A stretch of DNA of 62,555 nt. It comes from Euprymna scolopes. Lineage: Eukaryota. Where the stretch lies: assembly GCA_053919585.1 (NCBI GenBank), contig CM132805.1; one strand, given 5' to 3'. The position numbers and the translations under genes were made by a program. Of this stretch, positions 37,555 to 50,879 are shown piece by piece (the first letter of the stretch is position 1; each line of letters starts with the position of its first letter). Below the pieces are notes generated by a model. That model ran no database searches, was not told where the DNA came from, and saw only the letters and a program-made list of their open reading frames with translations.

Positions 37555-37784
37555 GAGAGGCTGAATGTCATAACTCGGTAGGCGTCACAAACAAAAAACG
37601 GAGAGAAACGTTGTTAAAGTTCAGTTTTGTGGATATATTGGGCATTAGTCGATTTCTATACATGTTCCGGTCTGAATTCGTTCAATGTACGTGTTAGAGG
37701 AGACTATTGGGGAATAAAATGATATACTAATTTTATATTTTGCCGCGATGACGCTTACCGAGTTATGACATTCAGCAGCACCTC
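37555..37784. mobile_element. 230-bp MITE with 28-bp TIR core, GAG..CTC ends and 4-bp TSD AAAT (Sola-like)
   Basis: gctgaatgtcataactcggtaggcgtca (37560-37587) versus tgacgcttaccgagttatgacattcagc (37749-37776), one mismatch; AAAT on both flanks. Confidence 0.75.
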
Positions 37785-40700
37785 AAATAACGAAAAGGAT
37801 GCGCCTATTTGTTATCATCAACTAATAATAATTCTCATTTATCTAACAAATAATTATGTTACTATGTTGTCTATTGAAACGTGTGCCAATGATTACATTT
37901 TAGTTTTATTCACTCAACGTTGATTGAATTCAAATTATTATTTTTTGATATCACAACAAAATTATAATTAATATTGATAGAAATGTTTCTATAAAGATAA
38001 ATATTAAAAGATATTTAAAACAATGCAAATATTTATGCGCAAAATACGCAACAGCGCAACCGCAACACAAACCTAACAGATTACTTTCTTATTTGTTAAT
38101 AAACAACAACAACAAAAGTGAACGCTGGAAAATAACTGTTGTTGTTGTTGCAGCAGCAGCAGTTGCTGATGATACAATAAAAAGTTTTAAACATAGTTTT
38201 CGGAAATAACACTGACTAAGACCGATAGACACAGAACTTAATAGGTCTTTTCCACATTAAAGAAAACGTATTCAGTGTCGGATTCATAAAATTAACATCA
38301 GAATTGCACAATGATTTTAACAGAGGTTTTATTTTAATTTTTCAAGTTTTTAATTCTGCTTATGAATATCACAATAAATGAATAAATGAACAAATTAATA
38401 TGGAAATGGAGAAGTAAGTACTGTTTTAGCTAAAATAATGCTAAAAAATAAATTATAACTTCATGCGTTGACAAGTTAAATAGTTGTCGCCCTTTAGAGT
38501 ACTAGAGGTTGTCATAGTTATTCCCCTTTCATCTGCGAAATTGCTACAAACAAGAAATCAAGTTTTCTTTTAGGGAATATACGAATTCGGTAAGTGAATT
38601 AAAGATAGAAATATTCAATTTATCAAGATATTAATTTTCATAACAATACACTATTGATTAGAAAAATAAATAAAAAATCTGTTGACGATTTACAAGATGA
38701 ATTTCGCTATATTTTACCATTTTATTTATTGAAATTCAGTTTTTGAGCTAAATTAATCTCAACAAATCATATTAATATTCTTGCATTTTCTTACCCTGTA
38801 GTATACTTTATAATAAATACATTTATATTTATAATTATATTTGATTGTTTCTACATGAGTGCAACCATTATCATTTGTTACTTGTTAATCATGGACTTGC
38901 CCAGATGAAAAGGAAGATGAAGTAATTTAGTATTTATTTGATGCATCTAGGTTATCTTCTTCCCATGGAAGGAAGACTAGATACAGCTCATGGAAAGTGG
39001 GGTTTCAAAAGCTAGACTCTATAGGAAGCCCTGTCGACATCCCTTAATAGGGGTTTTAAGCGGTTAGCAATAAACTACTTTCTTCTCATAGGACGAGAAT
39101 GTAAAATCTGAGAAAATGGATCTCATAGAACTACACAGGACCATACATCAGATCAAAAGAGAATAAGTTCACACCAGCATAGCATACCAAAAACTCTAAT
39201 GATTTCATACCAAAATCAGACAAATAAAAAAAATCTAAAATATATCCTCCCAAAGTTTAAATTCACAAATTAATGGATATATATAATATCCTGATGTAAT
39301 AGAATTATTGTGTTAATGTTCTATACTTTAAAAAAGACATTTGCATCAAATGATTAAACACATGATTAAAGTTTTTCTTTCTAATTTTATTTCGAAACTC
39401 AATATTTCACGAAATTAATAAGTGTTTTAAAAAATGTCATTTTTTCTTGTTAAGCTACAACATACAGTAAAGAATCTCTTTAAATTTAATTTCAAATAAT
39501 ACGTGTAATTTATGTTGGTCCAGCTGGGAAATCAGGCACATAATTATTAGAAATTATAATTGTTAATATATTGTTTATTATATTAATCAATTACTGCAAT
39601 AATTCTATCAGTAAGAAAAGTCAGATTTTATAACTAAAAAGGAGCTATAACTTAACTTATGGATTTTTGCAAAATGTTATAACTGCTAAGTCATCTCTCT
39701 CTATACAAGGCTAACATTGTCCATTTTTCCGGTTTTCATATTTAATGTAGATTTAAAACTTATAATAATTTATAAATCACTGCATTATGAAGATTATTTA
39801 TAGTAATAAAAAAGACAAAAAACATTGAGACTAACAAACTCTCTGTTGTGACATTGATTAATATTCAATCTAAAAACTAAACTTTAGGCGCATTCAAGGG
39901 TATACTCGATTTTTCATACTAAAATTTGTAAGTTTACTGTTAAATCTGATATTAAAAAAGTAAAACAAAACAAAACTCAAATAATACACAAAACTTTTGC
40001 TGCTGATATTATCTTGGTCAGTAAGTAAAATAAATTCTCTTTTCCATGCATAAATTTTTAATTTTTACACAAAACTTTATTCATATTTAGTGATAAATAA
40101 TTAAAATGATTTTTTAACTTGTTCCTTAATGGTTGTTGGACATTCATAGCTGGATTTTAAAGTTCAGCAAAATTTGAGAAATCCAGTGTAGGTAGATATT
40201 TCATATGGAAATTTCGATGGTCAAAGTTTGCAAATTTAAATTCATCTATGTTATTTAGCATCAGATTAGTATTTTTTCTTCAAATATTTTCCCCTCAAAT
40301 GTTGTTGGTGGTAAAAACAAATAAAATCATTTATTTTGTGAATTATATGAATGAACAATAATCAGTCCACTTTCACTATTTTTTTGGAGCAAAGAAATAA
40401 AAAATTAAATAAAAAATGAAGCATTTCCATAGAAATACAAACTTTCTGAAAAATAAGAATAAAAATAAACTTTTTGTTCATATATTTAAATTATGTAGTT
40501 TATTTAATTTTTATGAGCCTGTTGTAATTTTGAATTAATTGTATAGAAATACTTGATATTTGTTTTATATGATGTTGAAAAACTTGAAAATAAGGTAAAA
40601 ATAATTTTCCATTTTTATGCAAAAATGTGGACATTAATACAAAAATCATACACATTTCAAAAGACATTCAAATAATCAAAAATGAAAAGAGCTATAATCA

Positions 40701-41326
40701 GTCAGTTACAAACAGAATTACACGTATGCGTATATGCATGTGGATACACCTGCATATATGTGTATATGTGTGTATAACATTCTTATAAAGAAAAATTCTG
40801 ACAGAATATAAAGCAAAAATAAATAGAAAAATGAACAAACTGCAAAATAAAAGGCAAAATCAAACGGAAAATACATCAGTAGACTAATATTAGGTTTCTT
40901 GATTAACAGAAACTTTGTCGAAGTAAATAGATGATATTTTTGATAACTCTTGTGTAGTAGGTAAATACTTGTCTTCTATGCAAAAGGTATCAAAAATATT
41001 TTTCTTTATCCACAAACACTATATATCAGTGTATACACTGAAATCAAAACTCCATATATGCATTGTTGTATTTTACTGTAATTATCCAATCATGTGTTGC
41101 ACATGCTTGAATAATTCCTGTATCAATATACACTTTCCATAATATCAAGCATTCTCTCTTTCTAAATAAGGCAACTTTTAAAGTCAGTAACAAAACACAT
41201 GGAGGTAAAAATAGAGAAATAGATAGATAGATAGACAGAAAGAGAGGCAAGGTTCATCAATTTATTGAAAATGTCAATCGTAAAAAAAAACAAAAAAACA
41301 AAATGAAAAAAAAAGTTTCTTCCTAC

Positions 41327-41433
41327 CTCAGTAACTGAGATAACTGCAAAGATCCACTATTGTTGTTCGAATATCCAGAATTGGTAACAAGTCCAAAACT
41401 CCAAGTGTACATCTGGGGTGTGCAGTAAGTTAC
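41327..41433 (-). CDS. Probable upstream exon of the zinc-finger gene, containing candidate start ATG at 41412 (MYTWSFGLVTNSGYSNNNSGSLQLSQLL-R)
   Basis: ctaat branch-like site and ctctag| acceptor; 107-nt stop-free frame; donor CTGAG|gtagga ends in phase 2, so AG+G=Arg continues in frame into exon 23681. Confidence 0.6.
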
Positions 41434-41669
41434 CTAGAGTTCCAAACAGATTAGATTAAGTTATATCTGAATGCATTAATGTTAATATACTTTTTAAACA
41501 CGTACTGATGTCTCTTTAAAAATGAGATCCACATATATATTTTTGATGGATTTGCTGTTTGCGTATATAAAAATGGGGATGACTTATTCAGATAAGTAGT
41601 GGGAGATAATAAAAGTATTTTTTAGTGATCATTAGTACATTTAAGTTATTTAATTTATAAAAGATTGCT

Positions 41670-41980
41670 GATGACTTATATTGGCAAGCATCAGTTTTGG
41701 GAGACTGCAGCGCTATGTTTGGATTCTTTTTTTATTCTTCCTCGAATTTTGGTGTTTTATCTTTGCCTCTTTTCCTTGGTCTTTCCAGCAACTGAACTGA
41801 TCTTGAGGTGCTTTCTCTGCATGAAGTTCATCATAAAAAAGAACCCTTGAGAACCTACTATCATGCATTCTTCTAACATGTCCAAATCAAGCAGGCATTT
41901 CTGCTTCAGCAGAGTAGATGTGCAGAATAGTATTGTTTAGGACTTTACCTTGCAGAGTGATGTTGAAGATACGATTTAGA
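41670..41980 (-). mobile_element. RTE/BovB-type LINE 3' fragment
   Basis: Translates to LNRIFNITLQGKVLNNTIL and FGHVRRMHDSRFSRVLFYDELHAEK (cf. WLGHVRRM.DGRIPKDLLYGEL). Confidence 0.75.
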
Positions 41981-42173
41981 CTATATTAAATTATATACAT
42001 AAACATTCAATATTATAATATTTTTATATAAGTTACATTAATGCTATGATCATTAAAAGATACCATTTACAGAGTTTTACATTAGCAATAAAAAATGAAA
42101 AAAAACATTAAGGGCCGTAAAAAATAAAATACTTTTTGTTACAGTCAGTAATAATATTTTCAATTAATAATAA

Positions 42174-42177
<4 letters not shown>

Positions 42178-42254
<77 letters not shown>
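42178..42254. repeat. (AG)n microsatellite
   Basis: Direct reading. Confidence 0.98.
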
Positions 42255-42258
<4 letters not shown>

Positions 42259-42284
42259 TATGTAAGATATACAATTTCAAGATG

Positions 42285-42600
42285 TATTTTCTTGTTTCTA
42301 AATTTTTGAGATGAGGATTAAGTATTGGTTTTATTTGGATTATTCATGCTACCATTCTCATCTTGAGTGTTATTCTTACAATGTTTTGATCGATGTAAGA
42401 TTTGACCAATGTAAGATTCAACCTTGTACAAAATTTGAAATTTTGTACAGATTCCTAAGTTTGGCAAAAAGATTGTCAAATTCGATAGAAAAATTTCCAA
42501 GTTCAGTAAGATACATCTGAAGAAGATCAGAGGTTACATTGTTTAAAATGTGAGAATAACACTGAAGATATGCATTTTCTTGTAAGGAATTCAACAAATT
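42285..42600. mobile_element. Penelope-like terminal-repeat relic in inverted arrangement around 21-bp tandem units
   Basis: Left arm (42290-42410) is homologous to 52160-52260; right arm carries catCTGAAGAagatcagagg..gaataacactgaagat, inverted relative to atcttgagtgttattc in the left arm. Confidence 0.55.
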
Positions 42601-43299
42601 CAAAAATAAAATTACAGAATTAATAACTCCAAGTGCTGGTCGTCAATAAAGGAAGTGGATAGAAGACTATCAGTTATGGAGATTAAGATTTTGCATCTTA
42701 TTTCATGTCAGACCAGACTTGACCATGTCTGAAATGTTGAAGTCTGCCACCATTACCACACACTAATCTCAGACAAATCATATGCACTAGTATAAATATG
42801 TACTGCTTGCATAAATGACAGTTCCTTTATGAAAACAGAATTCAAGATGGAGGCCAAAATAAAAGTAGTAGATATCCTACACTAAAATTTAAAGATGGTC
42901 AGATTTAACTGCGACCATATAGCTTTTGATCATATACGATGGAATAAGAAATCCAGTGTGAACCCCACTGTGTCAGATAAACACAGCATAAAATGAAGCT
43001 ACAAATGAACAAGAAAGTGATATACATTAGATTGTGAAAAAAATTTGATTATGATACATTCATTCAATCTGCATGCTTATGAGTGACAGATCCAAGAAAA
43101 TGCTGTATCAAACTTAATACTCATTAAATGTGCATTTCTAAAATATATTCAACATTCTTAAATCAACCATGATTGACTGACCGAGGAAAAGATGATAGAC
43201 TGATTGAGAAAAAAGAAAATCTTTTTGACATGCAAGGATAAGCATAAAATGCTTAGATTAAAGAAGAGGTCCAAATGGTTAAAATGGTTATTGATAGGG

Positions 43300-43440
43300 A
43301 ATAGGAAATCAGCACTTTTCTTGACCTTTAGAAAGGTAGGCATCTTTAGTTATTGGGTCCTTTAAATGTGGTAAACAACCACTGTAGAAAAAAGACAACT
43401 CCAAATCCAACCTATGCACTGTATAGGATTTGGGTCGAAT
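43300..43440 (+). mobile_element. tRNA-derived SINE fragment (cephalopod-type), degraded
   Basis: cctttagaaaggtaggcatc..gggtcctttaaatgtggtaaacaaccactgtagaaaaaagacaactc resembles the copies at 45351 and 12580. Confidence 0.4.
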
Positions 43441-43844
43441 AACCTGGAAAATAACGCTTTCATAAAATAATCTTTTGGATGTAGTATTCTCACCCACAAA
43501 TTTAATAAAATCAACCCCATTTTCTTATTTTACAAATAAAATATATATTTGTTAAATTTGGCACCCAATTAATGCTAAGTACTTATGCTTTCTTTAAAAA
43601 GGAATAACATATAATAATTTAAAAGTTTTTTTGCTTAATTTTAGACCAGCCTAGAATTTGTGTTAAAACATTTGGAAACCACAAAGAAAGCAAGTATCTT
43701 TCTTAGCTTTGTTTAAAGATTTTATTCATCTGTTTTCTGGTATATAAACCATTTTAGATTATTTAATGTTAAAATACAATACCTATTGTAAATGATTTAT
43801 TGTCTTTGATTAATTGACCACAAGTTGCTATGTAATCCATGACT

Positions 43845-43960
43845 GGGGACAATGCAAGTCCATACTTTTTCCAATGGTATTAATATGTGAATGACCACAA
43901 CAGAGGTTTAAACTCAGCGTGGCTGATTCCATCAGTTGCAACAGTATCTCTACTAGATAA
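43845..43960 (-). mobile_element. tRNA-derived SINE fragment, degraded
   Basis: Minus strand gagtttaaacc (B-box-like) followed by attaataccattggaaaaagtatg, matching attaatatccttagaaaaggtttg in the 45351 copy. Confidence 0.4.
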
Positions 43961-44141
43961 ATTATTAAAGATTTATGCATCATAATGGAATTAATTTAAT
44001 AGAAAACAATGGTTGGAGCAGGTTTTAACCTCAAAATGATGAAAGAGAAATGTACTGAAAATTCGCCAGTGGGGTAATGGAAATATCATAAAAGATGGAC
44101 ATACCAAAAGGATAAATAATAATAGCTACATGCACAATTGG

Positions 44142-44193
44142 GCAGCAGCAACAGCAGCAACAGCGTCAACAGCAACAGCAACAGCAACAGCAA
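44142..44193. repeat. Imperfect (CAG/CAA)n tract
   Basis: gcagcagcaacagcagcaacagcgtcaacagcaacagcaacagcaacagcaa. Confidence 0.85.
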
Positions 44194-44364
44194 GTGGCCA
44201 GAGGGCAGATGAAGTGGTCAGCAGTTATAAAGGGAGAAAGAAGAAGAGGTACAGGGAGGCTGCTGTCGTTTCAGCACCATTGCTACAATAGAAATAAATA
44301 GAATCAATTAAAGAAAGAGAGTGATGGAAAAAAGAGGAGGACAAAAGAGAGTAAAAGAAATATG

Positions 44365-44368
<4 letters not shown>

Positions 44369-44430
<62 letters not shown>
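44369..44430. repeat. (TA)n microsatellite
   Basis: Direct reading. Confidence 0.98.
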
Positions 44431-44432
<2 letters not shown>

Positions 44433-45277
44433 CTTGTTATTGAAAATTTATTAAAATTTTCAAAACACATTATACACCTGTAAGAAAGGTATATATAATT
44501 TTAGTTATCCAACAAGGAGTACAAATAAACAAGAAAAACCTTATTCCATGGAGTTTCGAAGAATGCAATTCTTCTCATCAGAGGGAAGAGGTTTGCAAAA
44601 TATGCAATAAATTTTGCAGGTTAATGCATTAAAGGAAACTACAAATATGAAATTAATCATACTTGCATAAAAAAAAAGTTATTTAACAGTTAGTGAAAGT
44701 TTATAGGGATTCAATGAAATTAAGAAAGCATAAATGAGAAAAAGGGAGAAAAAGGATATGGTAAAAATCCAATGAGAAAGATGGTAAAATCCAGAATGGG
44801 AAAAATCCGAAATGAGTTCATAGAAAATCCATTGGTAATCCATAAGAAAACAGAATTATAAATGTCTATAGGGTAAATTACAGATTCCAGAAAAAAACAC
44901 CAGATCGTGGAGAAGTGAAGTTCTATTTTTTTTTATATAAAGCGTTTTTTTTTTTTAAAGTAATAGATAAAGCAAATGGAAGTGTTAAAGTGGAGATTCA
45001 AATTGAAATTGAAAAATTGGGTGGTAGAGAAGTAAATATAAATAAGTAAGTATGATCAATTATGCTGGTAAATAAGTGTCAAAACATTTTTAAGGAGATA
45101 ATCTAGATAGGTCAGTAAGGAAATATGTATTTATTCATAGAATATGTATTTCTACAAATAAACTGAGGTGAAAGATATTCTAGGCAAGATCATAGTGAAA
45201 GAAAAAAAAGATAAGTCTAGTCAAATATCGATTTATCAGATGCATTATTTCATTCTAACTTTGAAAATTTGACCAAC

Positions 45278-45284
<7 letters not shown>

Positions 45285-45350
<66 letters not shown>
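45285..45350. repeat. (TA)n microsatellite
   Basis: Direct reading. Confidence 0.98.
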
Positions 45351-45352
<2 letters not shown>

Positions 45353-45550
45353 AAGAAGTGGTATAATGGTTACTAGTACGATTCTTGGTTCAGCATGCTG
45401 GTTTTCTATTTTTTGGGCGGGGGAGGGGGGCTACGGTGTTACTTTTATTAATATCCTTAGAAAAGGTTTGAATTCATATTATCCTTTCAGTAGGGAAGAA
45501 TAGAGTCTTAAGCCTTGATTGTACAACTATTATAGAAGAAAAACTTTGAC
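45351..45550 (+). mobile_element. tRNA-derived SINE, degraded, adjacent to (TA)n
   Basis: A-box-like gtgggtataatggtta, body taatatccttagaaaaggtttgaattc, tail aagccttgatt..caactattatagaagaaaaaact; resembles an abundant octopus SINE (from recall). Confidence 0.5.
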
Positions 45551-45746
45551 ATAACATCAGTCTTTTTCTACTTATCCATGCATTGGTTATAGTCGTTCTA
45601 GATTTCAAGTTGCCACTGAATTTAAACAATGCCATTGCAGGAGATGTGTAGTTAGAGATTCCTCAACCCTTGCTTGACTATGGACTCTTCACACACATGC
45701 ACCATTACAGAAAGTATCCATTTTCTTTTGACACTGAAAGGAGGCT

Positions 45747-45750
<4 letters not shown>

Positions 45751-45815
<65 letters not shown>
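45751..45815. repeat. (CA)n microsatellite
   Basis: Direct reading. Confidence 0.98.
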
Positions 45816-45820
<5 letters not shown>

Positions 45821-46683
45821 CTACGGAAATGAGACAGAGGAAAATAAAACCAAAATGCATGTCATAATTGAGAAATTTGCTGCAAAAACACAACACTTGT
45901 TAAAGAATATAAGTAATAAAAAGATATGTGTGAATGCCATAATGAAGAACAAAACCGTCTAGGTAATGGATGGGGGGGGTGATCAGAAAGAAATAAGGAA
46001 ATATTTCAAAATGGTAGAAAGCTTCATTGGAGCAAAAAATTGCGTCTCAAATGTGTAAAAACATGATTGCTAAATACATTAGGAAGAATAGTGTGGTTTA
46101 TGGTGACGCTTATCTTGGGAGGCATTCTTGGAGAGTCCTTATCTTTTACAGCAGCTACAACCCCCCCCAAAAAAAAGAGAAGAAGAAAAGGAAGAAAATT
46201 GTCTTTTATGTTTATTTGGGATACAGAGGGTAGATGAGTGTTGGAACATTATGGCAGGTGAGAGAAAAGGGGTGGGGGAATTATAATAAATGGCTTCAAT
46301 TATTACTTATCATTGTGGCATATTACATAGATTATTGAATGTAAAGAAAATGGATTAAGGTTTTCTTGATACGTTTTATATTTGTAGAATTTTGCTGTAG
46401 TTTTTAACGTTATTAATAATGACACAACAGGATTTAGAAAAATAAATTATTTTTTGTCCAACAGAAACTTGCAATTATATTTTCTTAAAAAAAAGCAGGT
46501 AAGATAATTATTGTATATTTAAAGATGGTGGATGGAGGGGAAGAGAAGAAAATTATTAATGAAAGATTGAGAAAGCCTGAGAGAAAATATAAAAAATAAA
46601 AAGCTTGGAGAGAAGAGAAAAGAAAAATGGAAGAACGTTTAAATTGAATGTGTATATATATATTGTGCAGCTAGACAAGCAAC

Positions 46684-46755
46684 TACATCAAGCCAGGATC
46701 GAAACTTGACTGTCCAAACAACAGCCGGCACTTCTAACCGTTATGCTATTCGGCT
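46684..46755 (-). pseudogene. tRNA-like pseudogene or SINE head (resembles tRNA-Asn GTT)
   Basis: Minus strand AGCCGAATAGCATAACGGTTAGAAGTGCCGGCTGTTGTTTGGACAGTCAAGTTTCGATCC has A box, CGGTTAG, CGGCTGTT and B box; acceptor and anticodon stems pair poorly. Confidence 0.5.
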
Positions 46756-46789
46756 GCTGCAGTGCCGGGTAGTGAATTAACAACATTTT

Positions 46790-46792
<3 letters not shown>

Positions 46793-46872
<80 letters not shown>
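46793..46872. repeat. (TA)n microsatellite
   Basis: Direct reading. Confidence 0.98.
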
Positions 46873-46875
<3 letters not shown>

Positions 46876-47089
46876 AGAAAGGGAGAGAGAGAGATAGGGG
46901 AAAAGAGCAAAAGACATAAACAGACAAGAATGTGTATTCCTTAGATGCGTTCATTCAATTTTCATGTTTAATGATGAAAGTTCTGTTTCAAACTTGAACA
47001 TGAAAAATGTGTGACTGCATTGAAAAATACTATTTCAAACTTAGCTCAAAGTGTGAGAGACTGACTAACCAACAACGTAAGAGCATATC

Positions 47090-47127
<38 letters not shown>

Positions 47128-47764
47128 AGAGAGAGAGAGAGAGAGTAAAGTTCAGTGTTTTATGCATAGACATTTTAAGGGTTTTTGAAACAATGTTCCA
47201 CAACATTTAGAACAGATGAAGGACATCCAATAACAAAACATGTTTCAGTTTAAAGTATAGTATCACGAAACGATAACAGCAAGGCTATATCAAGATAGCA
47301 CTAAATCTGTAAAAAGATTGACCACAAAAATCTTCAGATGTTGTAAGACAATATTATTTTTAAATTGTAAGCACGGATTTATGAAGAAAAAATAAAAGAA
47401 CATGTAAGTAATTATGAAATCTGTTTTCAATATGTTAAAGTTGAATACATTTTCAATAACGTTTGAGCAATAATATTCTAATTGTTTTGTTTCATGAACT
47501 ACCAAGAACTACCAGTGATCCCTATTTTAAACTGGATTTTCATTTCACTATTCAATCCTGTTTTTGCAAATTAAAATTCAATATTTTAATTATTTAAATT
47601 ATGAAAGGAACAAAAGAGGGAGAGAAAGGAAACAGAGAAAACAATAAGTGAAAGAAAGAACAGGACAATAAGATATATATAGAGAGTATGAGGGTAAATA
47701 GATGGTAAACAAAAGTGAAGGCATTGAAAAGGAAGAACGGGTAAACAAAAATTGAGAATACAAA

Positions 47765-47797
<33 letters not shown>

Positions 47798-50700
47798 GAA
47801 GAGAGAGAGTAGAAGTAGATAAAAAAATTATTTCTTTTGTTTGAGATGAAAGCGCAGTAGTAGTTGTATTGAAAGGAAAACCAGGAGCTGTAGAGAAAGT
47901 TCTGACACATTATCCAACAGAGCAATCACTAAAGTGAATAACAATTAAAATCCAAAAGCCATAAAACCGTCAAAGTTCAGTGCCTAAACATTCACTGAGG
48001 CGACTCTTCTAACCACTCCCAACTCTTCCACATATAAGCATTGCCCTGTCTTGCTTTACTCCCTAATTTGTTCCCTACTGCACAGATGGAATGTACCATG
48101 GTGATACAAACTGCAATGTATCTCTTCCCTCATATCACGAATGACTTCATTGTCCTAAGGATTATGCTCTTTGATGATTGAATCGACTGTGCTTGGAAAT
48201 AGTACAACAAGCATGCCAACTCATCTTTTTTCATTCAGTGTTGAACATATGAACGGAACAAGACGAAGTTTCTATCAAAACCAAATGGAAATAAAAAGTT
48301 CCAGAGATTTTGTCTCTAAGTCAATTCCACTGTTTCTAAGAATAGAATAAATCCTCAGCAAATGATTTACTGAAAACAGACCTTGAAATCCATCATTCTT
48401 TGTAGTGAAAAAAATAAATGAAAAAAAAATTAAATAAATAAAATAAGAAGCAAGAGCTAAAATTAATAATAAAAAAATATTAAAACAATATAGTCATGCA
48501 AAGAGGGACATTTGATACTATTTTCCACCTTAACATCAATTGTACTTTATTGAAACAATATACAAATGCTCAAACAAATTGTTTAAAAAAATATAAACAA
48601 ACTGTTAGTAATTTTATTACACATATATTTACATACATAAATTATTGTTTTGTTATAAAATTTTTTGTTGGTTAATTTGATGTTTCTGAGTAGTGATGAT
48701 ATGGCAACAAATTAAGATGACCCAAAGATAGTCAAATTAATTATTGTCCAATCATAATACTGATTCACCCAGACATATGAACACTTCTTCATCTACAATA
48801 TCTCCACTAAATTTTAATGTTTAATAGTAGCTTATTACTACTATTTAATAGAAACAATAGGATACCATTTTGAAAGCATTACTAAATGTATTGAATGATA
48901 TATATCTTCAATATTTTAATCAGCTAACTAATGTTAACTCACTTATATCAATGAGTGGGTCGACATGGGAGGCATAATATTACTTTGGCAGAGGCCAATA
49001 ACACATCAAAACAATGACAGAGTTTTGCAAGGTTCATTGTGTCATTTTAACAACTGAAGTGCAGGAACAACAGGACATCCTTCCCTAGGATACCAAAGAT
49101 TTCAACAGGGACAAAATTGTATTGGTCCATCAGTTAGTGGTACTTTATTTGCTTCATCTATTAGTGTGATGACCCCCGAAACTGTCACAGTTATATACAG
49201 TAGGTAACAGACTTGCAGTTGTTTTTAAGTGTATATTATCATTAATTAATTAAATTGCCTTATTTATGAAAAGTGCTCAATAGACCAAATATATATCAAT
49301 ATAAGTACCAGAGAGAAAGTTACCTCCCTTACATACATTCTGTCTCTTCACCTTATATTTTAGAGACGTATATATTTATTTATATAAATAAAGTATTTTG
49401 CATGTTCACACACATTTAGAGATGAAAAGAAAATTGTTTCAATATCATTTAAGAAATACACATTTTTTTGTGAAACCAAGATTCGTGAGTGCTCAGGGTA
49501 TATTATATATTTTCGAATAGGCGCACACACATAAGTATCAACACAGCACTATCATATCAACACTATTACAACATATGGCCATTGTTAAAAGGTTTAATCA
49601 TAAGGGCAAAACCCAGAGGTTACAACTTTGAGATGAACAAGTGAGCAAATTTAATGATCAATACTAACTAATAAAAGTTTCTTGAGAGAAAAGGCAAGAA
49701 AGTCTTTAAACTTAGACACAATTTTCTGTCTGTATTTATTTATTCATTCTTTTATAGTGACAGTATCATAAAGCACTTGCTAGGATTTTAATCTGGCAAT
49801 AATGAAGAGGATAATAATGAAGAGGAATGAAGATGACAGTTGTGTGCCAGTTGCACTTTTGTCTGTCATTTAAGACATCATAAGTTAATGCTTTTGAGGG
49901 AAAGAGGCAAGGAGCGCGTAACGACATGATCCACTAAATCTCAGACTGCAATCAGTTAGTTTGTTGTCATCCTGTTAGGATGGAAAACTAAGATTCAACG
50001 GTAATATCTCTGTTTACAAATCTATAAACAAACCTTATATGAGAAAAGATAAAGAGAACAAATCGCATATAAAATCATAACTAACCACAAAGAATTTTTT
50101 CTTCATCTCAAAAAGAAAATTTTATAAATGAAACATGATCAAAAAGTAATGAAAGTTTCTTTTTCAAGTTATCTATTATAGTTATTGACATCATAATATT
50201 GTTGGTAAAATATGAATTTATAATTTAATCTCATCTATGAATAAAATAGCAACTTGTGTTCAATTAATTGTATATAATACATTGTTTTACAATAGATATT
50301 ACGTTTGTGCATTGAATAACCCCAAAAGGGTTTTCTCTGAAACTGATTTTTCAAACTAAATCATATCAACATGGAAATGTGTATGCTGCAATTATTTCTA
50401 AGCACCACACTATTGAGTCTAAAAACCAACAATGCTGCCCTCCTCCAACTGACGATAAGAGATGGTGCCTACTTGACCCCATAGTACCAACCCATCAGTC
50501 AATCTGTCCAATTGTCTGACTGAGTGTTGTCATTATTGCTTTCGGCTTTATATTTGATTTTTACCTAATTAATTACAACCTAATTAGTTAGGCAATTAGC
50601 CTAGTGTATTACGAAGGGCTACCAACCATCTGTCTCCAAAGGAAAGAGTATTTAATAGCAAATCGCAGAATGGCAAAACGCCTCTTCAGTAACAACAATT

Positions 50701-50879
50701 CTGGTTGGCATCAGAAACAGACAAACAAACACAATGCAGCCTGCCATCACAGTTGACTGGAACAACAAGATGGACATTTTCAAAAAAAAAAAAAAAGAAA
50801 AAAAAGAATAACATGTACTTAAATTGGAATCAGAAGGATGGCTGAGAAGATACAATGGATAGCCATAATAAAAACAGCT

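Noticed and set aside
44130-44290. PolyQ/polyA coding exon
   Set aside because: No sustained open frame with convincing splice sites; only a 20-codon minus-strand ORF. CAG tracts at 38150 and 57500 also look non-coding.
46684-46755. Functional tRNA gene
   Set aside because: Acceptor and anticodon stems do not pair properly.
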